A stretch of 64,000 bases of DNA, taken from contig JBHGNT010000008.1 of assembly GCA_043228905.1 (NCBI GenBank), forward strand, positions 20,584,001 through 20,648,000. The letters run 5' to 3'. Every line of letters starts with the position of its first letter. Position 1 is the first letter of the stretch. Below, piece by piece: positions 12,003-25,067 of this stretch. A program made the translations under genes and the position numbers. The notes under the pieces were generated by a model that saw only the letters and a list, made by a program, of their open reading frames with translations, was not told the origin of the DNA and did not search any database. Origin of the DNA: Azolla caroliniana. Taxonomy: Eukaryota; Plantae; Polypodiophyta.

Positions 12003-12599
12003 TCGCTATATTGTCCAATCCTACAGGGCCATTGTAGGCATTAACAAGTTGTTCTTCAACGCCTATCTTAGGATGGCCTTGGGGTTTTCTTTCAAATAAA
12101 TGGTTAAGGTTTGGTTTTGTTGATAAAGAGACCATTGTGTATCTAAATCATCCTAGATTAGTTTGTGTACCTAACCATATTGAGCTCCTCATGATGAGTC
12201 ACAACACACTAAGAACCATATTCCCTTACCAAGAGCACAAAATAAAGGACTTGTTGTGTAAGTATAAGACGTTTTCTATCTCGCCTAGAAATTGCAATTG
12301 ATCGTTGAAATTTTGTATAGTGAAGAGAGAAAAAGAAACAACCACCTGAAGTCTATGCACATTGTTGACAAAACCAAATGAGATGCATGATTAACTTGTG
12401 ATGGAAAAGCGTGTCCACATTGTGAAATGGTTCATAGGGAAGAACAAATCATTTTGTGATGAGCATATAAGCCTACATCTTTTCAATTATAGTGTCCAAG
12501 GTATGGCCTTTAAAACTTAGGAGATCGTTATTATTCGGTTTAAACCTACCTTGGTGAAGAGTAAAAAGGGTAAGTTACGAATGGCTACTAGTAGGAGGG

Positions 12600-15500
12600 C
12601 TTTGAGATCTCTTCGGCATTTTTAGGAAAAATGTCGACATGCACCTTGGGTTGTATTGGAGTTGGGTCACTTAAGAAATGAATTAGTACAATGAGAATAT
12701 AAGATCTTTCAAACAAAGTTTCATGTTGTTGTGGCGAAGTAGACTTGACTAGTTGATAAAGTTAATTTTTTATTTTGTGCATATATTATAAAGGTGGTCA
12801 TTCAGGTAGTTGTATGAGACATGTGCAAAGAGAAGATGGTTCTATTACAAAGGACACTAATGAAATGAGGGACATTGCTACGAATTTTTATAAAAATCTA
12901 TTGACAACCCCACAATTGTCGATTCAATAGCTCAAAAAGGAAAATTAGTTTTGAACTATTTGGGACATAAGGTCTCAGATTAGGTGGTTGAATCATTGAT
13001 TAAGGAAATATCTTCTATAGAGGTAAGAATTGCATTGTTGGTTGTTGGGAAAAATGTGTGCCGAATAACTAATGGATTATCACTAGAATTCTTTCTACAG
13101 TATTGGGATTATATAGCCGATGCTTTCATAGCCTCCTTACAAGAGGTTTTTCATTTGGGAAGTATGTTGGTTGAGTGGAATGAAAGAATGACTTATTTGA
13201 TTCCAAAGGCAGATGGTGTGGTAGATGATATTAAGAAATGGAGGCACAAGAAACAAAACAAGCTTTTGGATTTTGAGAAAGCTTACGAAAAGAGTTTATT
13301 AAATTTTTTTATATGAGGTTATGGGTCACCTAGGTCTTATAGTTGCCTGGATTTATGTTGTTTTTGCACTTAATATAATTCAACATCTTGAGGAGAACTA
13401 CGTAATAATTTTCCAATTACTAGATCATTGAGACAAAGATGTCCTTCGGCTCCATATTTATTTCTATTTGTAGGAGAAACCTTTAGTCCAGTCTTGAATA
13501 AGAACATTTTATCTAAAGGGTAACAATGACTAGGTGTGGAGGAGGTTTTGTTGGACTGTGAATTTGCAAATGACACAACTTTGTATGTTGTAGGAGATGA
13601 CATAAATCTTTGTAATGTGCAAACTATGATCCATGATTTCTGTGATGCTTCTAGTGCTATTATTAATTAGCATAAATCAATGGGATTTTGGGTTGGGGAA
13701 GGTTTTATTCCTAACCGGTGTCCAGACGTTGGATTTCCCTAAATTCTAAAGGGCTCTCCTATGAGATATTTAGGGTGTCAAGTGGGAGTTCATCTTCCTT
13801 TAGAAGCTCATATCCAACCCTTACTGCTTTCTTTGAGGAAGAAGTTGATCTTTTGGAGTTCTAAGAATTTTTCATTTCTTGGGAGATGTTGTTTCTAATC
13901 AAGTATTACTCTCCTCAATGTGGTATATTATGTCCTTGTGGTTATTCTCTACATCTTTGTTGTCAATGTAACCGAGGTTGATTAGGAATTTCATATGGGG
14001 TTCTACTGATTTCAAGTATGTTAGACGAAAGGTATCTTGGAAAACTATTGCAATATTGACTTCTCAAGGGGGTTTAGGTTTAGTGGATCCTCTAATGCAA
14101 TGTAAGACACTGTTGGAAAATTTTGTAGTGCGAGGATTATTGCTACGAAATGAGCCTTGGAAGTTGATTCTTCAATTAAGAATGAAAGAGGTCTTCCCGA
14201 AAACTGGAGGAGAATGGACAAGGTCTATACGATGGTGGTTTATTACTAATTTCCATTCACATAAGATAGTGTTTCAAAATCATAGATTCTTTGGCGCGAT
14301 AAAGTGAGCCTGGTTTCTCTAAAGACTAATTTGCATCAAGTCTGGCCTACTTTGATGGATACATGGTTGCATTAGGTTTGGAATCCTTTATTTCTAGATG
14401 ATGAAGGATCTATGTTGGGAAGGAGAGTAAGATAAATTGGGTTCAAAACACCAGGACATTTGAAACAGATAATATGTCGTGAATGATAGTTCGTGAATTT
14501 TGATAGTAACATGACCTCCCTCTTTTGAACTTTTCGGCAGAAATCCCTTTCTTACAAGACCAATTCCTTTTATTTTCACTTCAACTAACCTAATTTGAAG
14601 TTGTGTTAGCTTAAGCGGCACGTTCTATAGTTCTGATACATGAAATAAATATTGTATTGTACATCAAAATCTATATTCATGAATTTCGATAAATATAGGT
14701 AGTAGTCCTTTTGGACATTCATTTGTAAGTTTGGCATGTCCATTATTTTGGCATTATTTGGAACACTTGAATTTCCGTATATGCCAGAAATCAATATATT
14801 TTGGGTTCATTTTTTAAAATTCTTTACACTAAACCCCTTTTTATGAATTGACCTATTTTGTGTCATTTTTTGATAGACTGTTCTCAAATTCCCCGGTGTT
14901 TCAACTGGATTCATCATTTGATTCATCTCTTAGTACTTGGCAACGTGCATTAAAACCTGTTAGAATTCTAGCTAAGGTAGATAAGCTCTGGACCATTGAT
15001 CCTAATCCTAATGTTGTTCAATCCATGGTGGGATCTAAGGGCAGTGGGGAAGAAACCATAATGTGAATTGGAATGGGATCAAGGAAAATGGATGTGATTA
15101 CCTACATCATATTCTAGGGAGGATGTTTGGTTTTTTCAATATTCAGTTTGATTTGGAAGGGAGACGATGAGGTGTAGGCTTTGCCACTAGCCGACAACAA
15201 CTATGACATGGTTGAGTTATAATGTTAATCCTACTCGCATGACAACGTTTTGGAAATGGCTATGGGCCAGGCAAATTCTAAAGAAGATCTAAATTCAATT
15301 TAGATGGTTGATTGTTCATTATGCGGTTCCTATTAGGGCTTGGATGTATTGTAAGGACTTATTAGACTAGTCATTGCATCACTTATTAGACTGGTCTTTT
15401 ATAGTAGCTCAATTGATTTGGAGAAGGTTTTTGCGTCTCTTGCATGTGGTATATGGCACTAGAGTATATAAATGGGGGACAATGATGTGGGATGATATTA

Positions 15501-15903
15501 AGGGGGAGCTAGAAGATCATGAAAAAGAAAATGTTAACTTTGCATTACATACAAAGGGTCAATATGTTGAGGAAGTGTTCGCCATGTATGTCTATTAATT
15601 CAGTACAGAATGGGGTGGTTTGGGAGACACTTAGTTCAATAGCCTTATGGGCTTTATAGACTAATAGATGTTGAATGATATTTTAGGAAATTCAATGGAA
15701 TGTTGTAGATGTAGCTAAGACGATTTGGTTCACTTTGGTGCATACACTAAAAGGAGAATACGATGTTATCAAGGGTGATTCAAATGTAGTCTTTTGCAAG
15801 CAAGAGATGGGAAATGACTAATGTCTTCTTCATGTTTAATCGTTGTATACGTTGGACGTATCAACGACATCTTTGGGTATTTGCTCCATTGACATGAGGC
15901 AAG
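12600..15903 (+). mobile_element. Degraded L1-like LINE ORF2 (RT and downstream region); remainder probably at 21845-21940
   Basis: NGLSLEFFLQYW, LIPK, LLDFEKAY, LRQRCPSAPYLF, FANDT, YLG, IRNFIW..KVSW..QGGLGL motifs with many stops; A-rich tail candidate at about 21925-21936. Confidence 0.8.
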
Positions 15904-16409
15904 TGTTGTTGGGGGGGGGGGGGGGGGGCGTGAAGCCTAGAATGGCTTCACCCCCCTCCCAAGGGGATTAAGTTAGAGAGAGAGCTAGAGAGAAAGACAA
16001 ATACACAAAGACACCAAAATGAGAGGGAAAAATGCCTATCCATTACATGCCCCATAAGGGGTTTATAAAATGTAACTGTAAATAATGACCGTTACACTCT
16101 TGTCACATGCACAATTATGTGCATGTGCTCACACATACTCATCTTCACACTCATATACATTACACATACCGAACAACCCCTTCAACGTGTTTTACCCTTA
16201 TACCGTCTCGTACAACTCCTACGGGTAACACATGGCATGCTTGTGGGACAGTGCATCGCACGGTGAACCCACTCGCTATGGAAACTATTTAACAACTGGA
16301 ACTCCATAGGTTGTCTCAACGGTCGGAAATCCGTCGACCGGATCATAGCTTGACACGAACCTTCTCATTCGGTCAACATGTCGCTCATGTCATGAACACA
16401 TGACCATTA

Positions 16410-16477
16410 TGGCGTCACCCGGACTTGAACCTCGAACCTTGTAATTCATACTTGAAAACCTCAACCATTAAGATAGC
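16410..16477 (-). other. tRNA-like cassette in LTR (second copy at 18878-18945)
   Basis: Minus strand reads gcTATCTTAATGGttg...gaGGTTCAAGTCCgggtgacgCCA: A-box-like, B-box and CCA at tRNA-like spacing. The cloverleaf is degenerate. Confidence 0.7.
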
Positions 16478-16782
16478 TTATTGTTATATGAAACAATAAA
16501 AGCTACTTCTTGTATTACATTGATTATTGTAAAAACTCTAGATTATTCTAGAATGTTCTAGAATGTCCTAGAGCATTCTAGGTCTAGAACATTCTAGAAC
16601 ATTCTAGAAATCTCTAAGCTATTCTATAGGAACCTATAAATAAGTGCATACATGTATTCTCAAATCAATTCGAATCAACACTAGTCTTTAGCTCTCATTA
16701 CATATCTTGTATCTATACATCCATTCTTCTCTATCCTTCTTCCATCACTCTATCTTTTATCCTTGGTTCTGACAGTTTGATT

Positions 16783-16827
<45 letters not shown>

Positions 16828-16852
16828 CCTCCTTTGTAACCATCCCGAAACC

Positions 16853-17425
16853 ATGGTTGCCATTAACTCAGAAGAATATCTCACCCTTGTTGCAGAAATG
16901 GAGAACCTTAAATCCAAGTTCGCATCTCTTGAAGTAGAGAATCAACGTCTACTTGGGGACCTACAAAAGGTTACTATAGAGAAGCAACAACAACAAGAGG
17001 AGTTCACGCGACGAGTGCAACAGTTAGAGTCGACAATCGTCGTGTTACAACAACAAAGGGTTGAAGGTCAGGGACTTATCAAGGAGCCCAAAATTAGCCT
17101 CCCAGCTAAATTTGATGGGTCGAGGGCGCATTTCTGAGGTTTTTTGAATCAAGTATGGTTGGTGATTCAAATGCATCCCGCACGTTATCCAACAGATGCA
17201 TCACGAGTCGGGCTAGTGGGCACTTTATTGACTGGCATAATGTTGTCGTGGTTTGCTCCATTGCTAGAGACCAATTCTCCTCTACTGAATAATTTCGAGG
17301 AATTTATCAAGGAATTTAAGGCTTGTTTCGGAGATACTGATGGGGCGAGAACAGTTATCAACAAGATTCGTACACTTCGTCAAGGTGATCAACCAACTTC
17401 AACATATGCTGCCAATTTTCGTCTC
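16853..17425 (+). pseudogene. Gypsy gag (capsid), one in-frame stop, C-terminus deleted
   Basis: Coiled-coil N-terminus, EPKISLPAKFDGSR, LSWF, LRQG..YAANFR. Confidence 0.85.
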
Positions 17426-17459
17426 CGAAGCGGCACATTGCCAGGGTCATCTCAACATT

Positions 17460-18871
17460 ATCAGGACTTCAAGTGGCAAGATGGTTTACTCTTCTACAAG
17501 AATCTCCTTTACGTCCCCGATGGATCACCCTGACTTCAAGTGTTGGAACATTGTCATGATGCCCCCATGGCTGGACATTTTGGTATTTCCAAGACCATTG
17601 AGCTGGTGAAACGTTCGTTTTGGTGGCCTCACTTGCAAAAATTTGTCGAAGATTATGTTCGCACTTGTGACACCTGCTGTCGTGCCAAAATACCCTGGCA
17701 TCACCCCTATGGCTTACGACAACCATTACCCCCTCCCAACAAGCCATGGCAGTCTATTTCTATGGATTTCATTACGGATCTGCCACCTTCCAAAGGCTTT
17801 GATACTATTTTAACAGTAGTGGATCGGTTCACCAAGATGGCACATTTTGTACCATGTGTAAAGACCATCAATAGTGAAGAAACTGCAGATCTCATTATGC
17901 GTGAAGTGTTTCGCCATCATGGTCTCCCGAATGATATTATTAGTGATCGAGGTCCTCAATTTATCTCACACTTTTGGAAGCACCTATGGGCAGGCCTCAA
18001 AATCTCTTGCAAACTCTCTTCGGCTTATCATCCACAAACTGACAGACAAACAGAGCGCACAAATCAAACGCTCGAGCAATATCTTCAATGTTTCATTAGT
18101 TATCAACAAGATGATTGGAGTAAAATTTTACATCTTGCCGAGTTTGCATACAACAACACGGTCCACTCTTCTACCAAAGTTACACCTTTCTTTGCCTACA
18201 CCGGCAACCACCCTTGATGGTGTATACTAGATCTTCCCGAGGTGTCACGAAACCCCAGTGCGGCGCATCACCCAGACCGACTACAACAAATCCAGTTCGA
18301 GTTATCGTCACATCTTTAGAAAGCGCAAGCACACCATAAGACCAATGCCGATCGACATCGTCTTAAGTCTCCGTTTAAGGTTGGTGACCGTGTATGGTTG
18401 CTTCGTCGTCACATCAAGACTACCTGATCATGTGCTAAGCTTGACTATCAACGCTTAGGTCCTTTTGTCATCACGACGCAGATTAATGATGCAACATTTC
18501 GTTTTAACCTTCCTGCACATATGCGGCTTCACCCTGTCTTTCATAGCTCTCTTTTGGAACCTTGCCACACCTCTTTGATTCCTAATCGTGTCGTGCCACC
18601 ACCGCCTTCTGTACAACTTGTGGACGGCCCCGAATACGAGGTAGCTGTTATTCTCGATTCTAAGATTGTGTGCAATAAGCTTTATTATCTAGTTGATTGG
18701 CTTGGTTATCCTCCGAGTGATTGCACTTGGGAACCCATCGATAACGTTTGTAATGCTGAAGCTCTGGTCAACGACTTCCATCGTCACTATCCAAACAAGC
18801 CCGGCCCAACAATGTTAACACCGACTTCCACTCGGTGTTCTCGAAGGAGGGATAGTGTCATGAACACATGA
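17460..18871 (+). pseudogene. Gypsy integrase (HHCC, DDE, GPF) plus chromodomain
   Basis: HDAPMAGHFG..CDTC, ISMDFI, ISDRGPQF, YHPQTD, HPVFHSSLLEP, EYEVAVILDS..YLVDWLGY..TWEP; a few stops. Confidence 0.9.
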
Positions 18872-19879
18872 CCATTATGGCGTCACCCGGACTTGAACCT
18901 CGAACCTTGTAATTCATACTTGAAAACCTCACCCATTAAGATAGCTTATTGTTATATGAAACAATAAAAGCTACTTCTTGTATTACATTGATTATTGTAA
19001 AAACTCTAGATTATTCTAGAATGTTCTAGAATGTCCTAGAGCATTCTAGGTCTAGAACATTCTAGAACATTCTAGAAATCTCTAAGCTATTCTATAGGAA
19101 CCTATAAATAAGCGCATACATGTATTCTCAAATCAATTCGAATCAACACTAGTCTTTAGCTCTCATTACATATCTTGTATCCATTCTCTTTCTTTCTCTA
19201 TCTTATCCATCCATTCTTCTCTATCCTTCTTCCATCACTCTATCTTTTATCCTTGGTTCTGACAGCTCAATTGGATCACACACCAATTGGCTCCTTCATT
19301 GCGGCATGGGCCTTTCATGATTCTGTTACATGTATGTGTATTTTTCGGTTTCGTCATGTGAATTGAGCTTTGTATATTTTTACCCTTGGTCTCTAAAGTT
19401 TTTACCCTCAAATTTTTTTGAATTTTATTTTATGCCCTTGAGTTCTCAAAATTTCCTCTTTTGCCCTTGAGCTTCTAAAATCCGATGGCATGCCCTCGAA
19501 TTATTGAAAAATTTCCTCTCTGCCCTTACATTTATGAAATTGTGTAGAATGCCCTTCTATTTCTTCTATTTTTTTATTTTTTTATTTTTTCCCCTCTTTT
19601 TCTTCTTTTTTTTTTTTCCATTTTCTCTACGTACCTTCTCTGCGTATGTTTTCTCTTTCTTCTCTGCATCGGTCTTCTTCTATCTGTCTTTTGTTCCCCT
19701 TCCTTTCCCCTGCTCCCCCGTTTCGATCTTGTTCACCTCTTTTCCTTTTTCTTCTTCTGTTTTCTGTGCATCCTTCTGTCTTCCACGTATCTTCTCATTT
19801 CTTCGTTTCCTCTTCTTGGTTCTTCTTCTTCCATTGGCCATCTTTGGCCCGTCTCCATCTACCTGTGCGTCACCTCTAT

Positions 19880-20200
19880 TGCCCTGTTGTCCGCTGTCCA
19901 ACCGGCTGGCCAGCTCTGTCCGTGGCCATCTATTGGCAACCGTTCGGCTGCATCTCGGCCATGCTCGGTTTCTCGGCCATGTCTTGGTCGTGCGCCTCGG
20001 AAACGCATCTTGACCGTACTCTCGGCCGCGCGCCTCAGCCGTATTCTGGGCCGTGCATCTCGGCCGTATTCTGGGCCATGCATCTCGGCCACGCATCTCG
20101 GCGTATTCTGGGATACGCATCTCGGCCATATTCTTGGCCTCGCGTCTCTCGGCCGTCGTTTTCCGGCCATCGCTTAGCCGTACTCTCGACCATGGTCATT
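19880..20200 (+). repeat. GC-rich degenerate tandem repeat inside the LARD-like element
   Basis: Reiterated gcatctcggccgtattctgggcc-like units. Confidence 0.75.
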
Positions 20201-23200
20201 CTCGACTGTTGCCATCGGCCGGGCTGTCACCGTTCGCCAGTCGTCGGACCTCTGTCGGAGTCTTTCGGTTGTACTTCGGCTGTCTCCACAGTCGTTGGCA
20301 GTCCCTCTCCGTGGTTGTGTCTGCCCGGACAACCAGCTTTCGGACGTTTGTCCGACCGTCGCTGTCTGCTGACTATCTTCGTCCGTTCGATCGTCCGACT
20401 GTCTGTCGAGGCTGTAGGATAGTCTCTAAAGAAGTTCCTCCTCCTTTAGAGTTAGGGTAGATCCTTTTCACTCAAGACATAGCACACTGGACAACACAAC
20501 CTCGAGCCATACATTCACTAGCATTCTTGGTCTTGCTAGGCTCCTTGAAGACATTAGTAAAAATCTTGGTAATTCGTAAGAATCTTAGTAAGAATTTGTA
20601 ATGCTCTTGCGTCAGAATGGCCATCAATCTTGTACTTGTATTTGAACTTCGGGATCATCAAATAGAAATTCTTCAGTCCCTTGCACTTAGGGATCAGTCA
20701 AAAGCATGAGTCATCACTTTCGACTAACCTTTCTTGACAGCAACCACGCATACTTGCATAACAACGTGTCCTACATCTATAAAAATAACATTGATGGGAT
20801 GACTGTTGCAGAGCAAGTGACTAGAGCTTCGCAATGGAACAAGAAGGGGAGGCTAGCTAAGGTTCAACAATACCACAAGGGGATCAAGTAGGGACAAAAG
20901 ATAATGGATTAGGGGTTTTGTCACAAAAGGAAAACGTAAGAGAAGGATCTAACTGTGTGTCTAGCTTTTAGGATTAGGGTTTTCTGCAGTATTGAATGAT
21001 GAATGAAGAAGGGTAAAAAGGGGGATGGGGCAAAGAGTTGGGAAGAAAGAGATTGAGTGGGGAGCGATGATACAGGCCATAGCCGTGAAGAGCTTGAGAT
21101 TAAAAAACGTTCAGGTCCATCTTTGTCAGACCAAAGGTCTAAAGCACCTTCTTTTTGGGACCTTGCAACAACTTGTAGAGATAGAGTTGGGAGGCCTAAC
21201 TGTGGACATATTTTGCCATGGCATCTCTAGAACAAGGAACTGCCATGGATCTCAACTCTTCTTCTTGCTTCCTAAACATGCTTTCTCTCAGCTTCCTTGA
21301 TCTGTTTAGCTTTCTTTAGCTACATACACTTCCTTACTTGCTTGAAATCAATGGCGCCCAAACTTTGAGTTGTATGTTTCTCAACACACACATACACACA
21401 TAGAGATGCAGAGAGGGAGAGAGAGACGTTAGTTGGATAGGGAGAGCAAGGGAGGGAAACATGACTTCTTCTCAAGGGAGGGTCATCCTTTCGAGCATGC
21501 CAAAAGTGTTGTTGGGGTGGGGGGTGAAGCCTAGAATGGCTTCAGCCCCCTCCCAAGGGGATTAAGTTAGAGAGAGAACGAGAGAGAAAGACAAATACAC
21601 AAAGACACCAAAATGAGAGGGAAAAATGCCTATCCATTACATGCCCCATAAGGGGTTTATAAAATGTAACTGTAAATAATGACCGTTACAAAAGAGACCG
21701 TTACACTCTTGTCACATGCCCATAATTGTGCATGTGCTCACACATACTCATCTTCACACTCATATACATTACACATACCGAACAACCCCTTTAACGTGTT
21801 TTACCCTTATACCGCCCTGTACAACTCCTACGGGTAACAGCAAGTGGCCATGAGCAACTGTTCTTGGCAATGCTTTGGGAGATATGTATGTTTGTGGCAG
21901 ACTAAGAGCAATTGAAGAAAGGTACAAAAATAAAAACTTTAGGATTGTTTTATGTGCATTAGTTATGTGTTTTCTATAGCCTATGGTGAAGGATGAGTTG
22001 CATTATGTATATGTGAATGAATTTTAATATATCTTTATAAGTATGGGCACATGAAAACATACCATTTGCAAGTCTATATGTTGATGGCAATGGAAGAAAT
22101 AAACACTTCAAAAGAGAGAAAAATGACAATGTGAAAGACTTGAGTTTATAATTTACATTCACAATGTCACACTAGTAAAATTCTAAATTCTAAATGTATA
22201 AACAAGATCATGTAGTGATAACGCTTGCTCTATACTAAGGAATTATTATGGTAAACTTAAGCAAACACACGCCTATGATGGAATTGTTAATGATGACAAG
22301 AAAAATGATAATGTGTTTGGATCTTGCTTATCCAAGACTGATTGCCCAAATTGAGGTTATTTCATATTTCCTAAGAATCTGATATAATTTATAATAATTT
22401 TAAGAGGGCTACAAAACTAAAAGTTAGTCAAGAAGGCGAAACAAAATGTTGAACAAGAAGACGCGTAGGAGCATGTAATTTTCTTTCATAGTTAAAAAAG
22501 TGTTATTAAAGAAATAGGAGAACAAGAGGACTACACATTTTTCTTTGGCATCTAGAACATGTGGACAACATATATATGACGATCAAATCAGTCAAGTAAA
22601 AAGGTGGTCTTTCTAGGACGCACCAACATGAAGCAATTGAATTAAAGGATAAAATATACAAAAACTCATACAATCGGCATAGGGACATTTCGCAACGAAA
22701 TGCTAATATGTGAACAAATAAATCTTAATATCTATTTTCAATACGTGCCCACTTAGATTGTACATGAAAACATGGTGTTTGTATGCCTTTGTGTGTGAAT
22801 AGTAACAAAAGAAACAAGCAAACCATATCACAAAAAGAGAATAATGACCACGTGAAAATACTGTGCTTATAATTTGCATTGACAATGTCACATTACTAAA
22901 ATTAAAAATTCTCGGTAAATAAACATGATGGTATAATGATAAAGCTTGACCTATTAAGAGGAAATGTAGTGAAGTTAAGCAAAAAGCATGCCATAATGAA
23001 ATTATTTGTCCCAAAAGTTTCATATGCAACAAATATTCCCCAAGTTGAGAGCATAGTTCCTAATATTCGCGTACGTCCAATTTATTGGACGTACGCGAAT
23101 GTTTGCAAACGTACGCGTATGATACGCGATATTCGTTTGGGTTTTTTTTTTTTTTTTTTGGGTTTTTTTGGGGGGTTTTTTCTGATGCGTCGTTGCGTTA

Positions 23201-25067
23201 TGAGCACTGAGCACTGAGCAGTGACGAGTGATGAGTCTGAGTCTCTGAGAGTTTGAGAGTTTGAGAGTCTGAGAATCGAGAGTCCTCAGTCGACCGTAGA
23301 GAATCGAGAGCTTTGAGTGAAAATCAGATTTCTGTGAGGAGAAAATCGTGAAGAGAATCGAGAGCTTTGAGTGAAAATCAGATTTCTGTGAAGGACAAAA
23401 CGAACAGGCTGATTTCTAATTTGTAATTTCTGATTCACAAATCCCGAATCCCGAATCCCGAATCCCGAATCCTGATTCCCGCTCACCCGCGGGCCGCCTA
23501 CAACCTGCCGCCTTACCGATTTGTCTCGTTTGATTCTTCTTGGAAGCGTAAAGGTAAATTGTTATCTTGAATTCATGTATTTCTAATGTCTATACAATTG
23601 TTAAATCATTCAATGAGCATGAGATCAAACCCTAAAACGAAAATTTGGGAAAAAACCCTCAAAATCTTAACAAAAACCCAAGAACTCATAAAACACTAAA
23701 TGAGATTATGGAATTATGGATGTTTGTATGTGCAAATCAGCTTTAATTTCAGGTTGTACATACTACAAATGCATGTTTTTTTCAAATAATGGATGCAAGG
23801 GATAAGAAAACTAGACATGTCGCCCTTCCCCGCCCCTTCACTACCCATTTTTTTGGTTTTTTTAATCGAATAATTGAAAGAGGAAGAGAAACAACAAATT
23901 GCATGATGCATCTTTGTCTTAGGTTTGTGATTTGTCTTGCATGGGATTGAGAAGGTCTTAATGTGCTGAAAAGTAATACCTCTTGGCCATATAGGATTCG
24001 TAATAATGTAGAGAATTTAACTAGTTGTTCATGTTTTCATCTAATTGAAATTTGGCCTTTGGAGAGAGATAATCACCATTGAACCTTTTGGCTTTTAGCC
24101 ATAGAAATTTTTGATATTGAAATTTGAAACATAAGATAGAAAGTAACATAGAAAGTGACATAGAAATGAATTATATTGAGGCAATGTTGCCCGAAATCGA
24201 ATAGAACTTAATAAACTCTGAGAAGGAAAAGCACCTCAAAAGGATTGTAGTTTTATTAAATCAATGTAATTGTAGTTTTCTAATGTTCTTTTATATATTA
24301 ATATCAACGTGATTGTAGATTTGTTAACTCACTTCCTAAATTGTTGATTTATAAATTAATGTGATTGTAGTATGGGCAAACAAAAGAGCTTTTTATGGGA
24401 CCACATTACTATCGTGAAGAGAAACAATAAAGGAATGCATATAAATGAATGCAAATATTGCAAACACGTGTTTGCTGGTGGTCCACACCGAATTAAAGCC
24501 CATCTTTTGGGGCTAAAAGGACAAGTTGTGGATAAATGCCGCAAAGTCACTGGAGCAATAAAAGATGAGATACAAAAATTAGTATCGGATGTGGATGCTC
24601 ATGAAAATATTAATGCTAATGAAAATTCTATTACAGAAAGTGAGAATAATGTCGATATAAGTACATCTAATGCCAATGTTGTGCCATCTACTTGTGCATC
24701 TGTAGTTGACATGTCATCTTCATCATGTAAGAAGAGGACAATTGAGAATTCTAGTGGATCCCTACAAATCTCTTGGCAAAAAAGTTTGAATAAAAATGCT
24801 GATGAATCAGTGAGAAGATTCTTTTTTGTAGAGGATATTCCACATCTTAAGGTTGATAGTTCCTTTTTTCATGATATGGTTCAAGCAATTGCAAAGGCTG
24901 GTCCGTCATATAAGCCACCAAGTTCTTTCCAATTGGGAAAGAGGCACTTAGATGAAGAAGTAAAAATTGTTGAAGATAAACTTTCATGCATCAAAGAGAA
25001 ATGGAAAATATATGGATGCACTATAGTCAGTGATGGTTGGTCAGATACTAGAAATAGGCCAATAATT

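Larger units (their letters stand above)
9390..12570 (+). repeat. Segmental duplication unit 1 (chitinase gene plus flanks)
   Basis: Colinear with 21950-23051, 32190-33086 and 38692-39830. Confidence 0.9.
16388..19264 (+). mobile_element. Ty3/Gypsy chromovirus (Tcn1-like) deletion derivative; LTRs 16388-16774 and 18856-19264
   Basis: Near-identical TGTCA...TGACA LTRs, TSD GCTCA, PPT gaaggagggatag. Retains gag, integrase and chromodomain; no protease, RT or RNase H. Confidence 0.93.
15904..21839. mobile_element. Non-coding (LARD-like) LTR retroelement; LTRs 15904-16230 and 21507-21839
   Basis: Direct repeats TGTTGTT...GGGTAACA; 5-bp TSD GCAAG on both sides; no recognisable retroelement ORF apart from the nested Gypsy. 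Confidence 0.85.

Noticed and set aside
16410-16477. Functional tRNA gene
   Set aside because: Acceptor and anticodon stems do not pair and it lies in both LTRs, so it is treated as a tRNA-derived cassette. The same applies to 44830-44895 and 52841-52905.
19504-20460. Long overlapping ORFs (169, 258, 149 and 135 aa) as host genes
   Set aside because: Low-complexity translations of a pyrimidine tract and GC-rich repeat inside an LTR element, with no recognisable domain.
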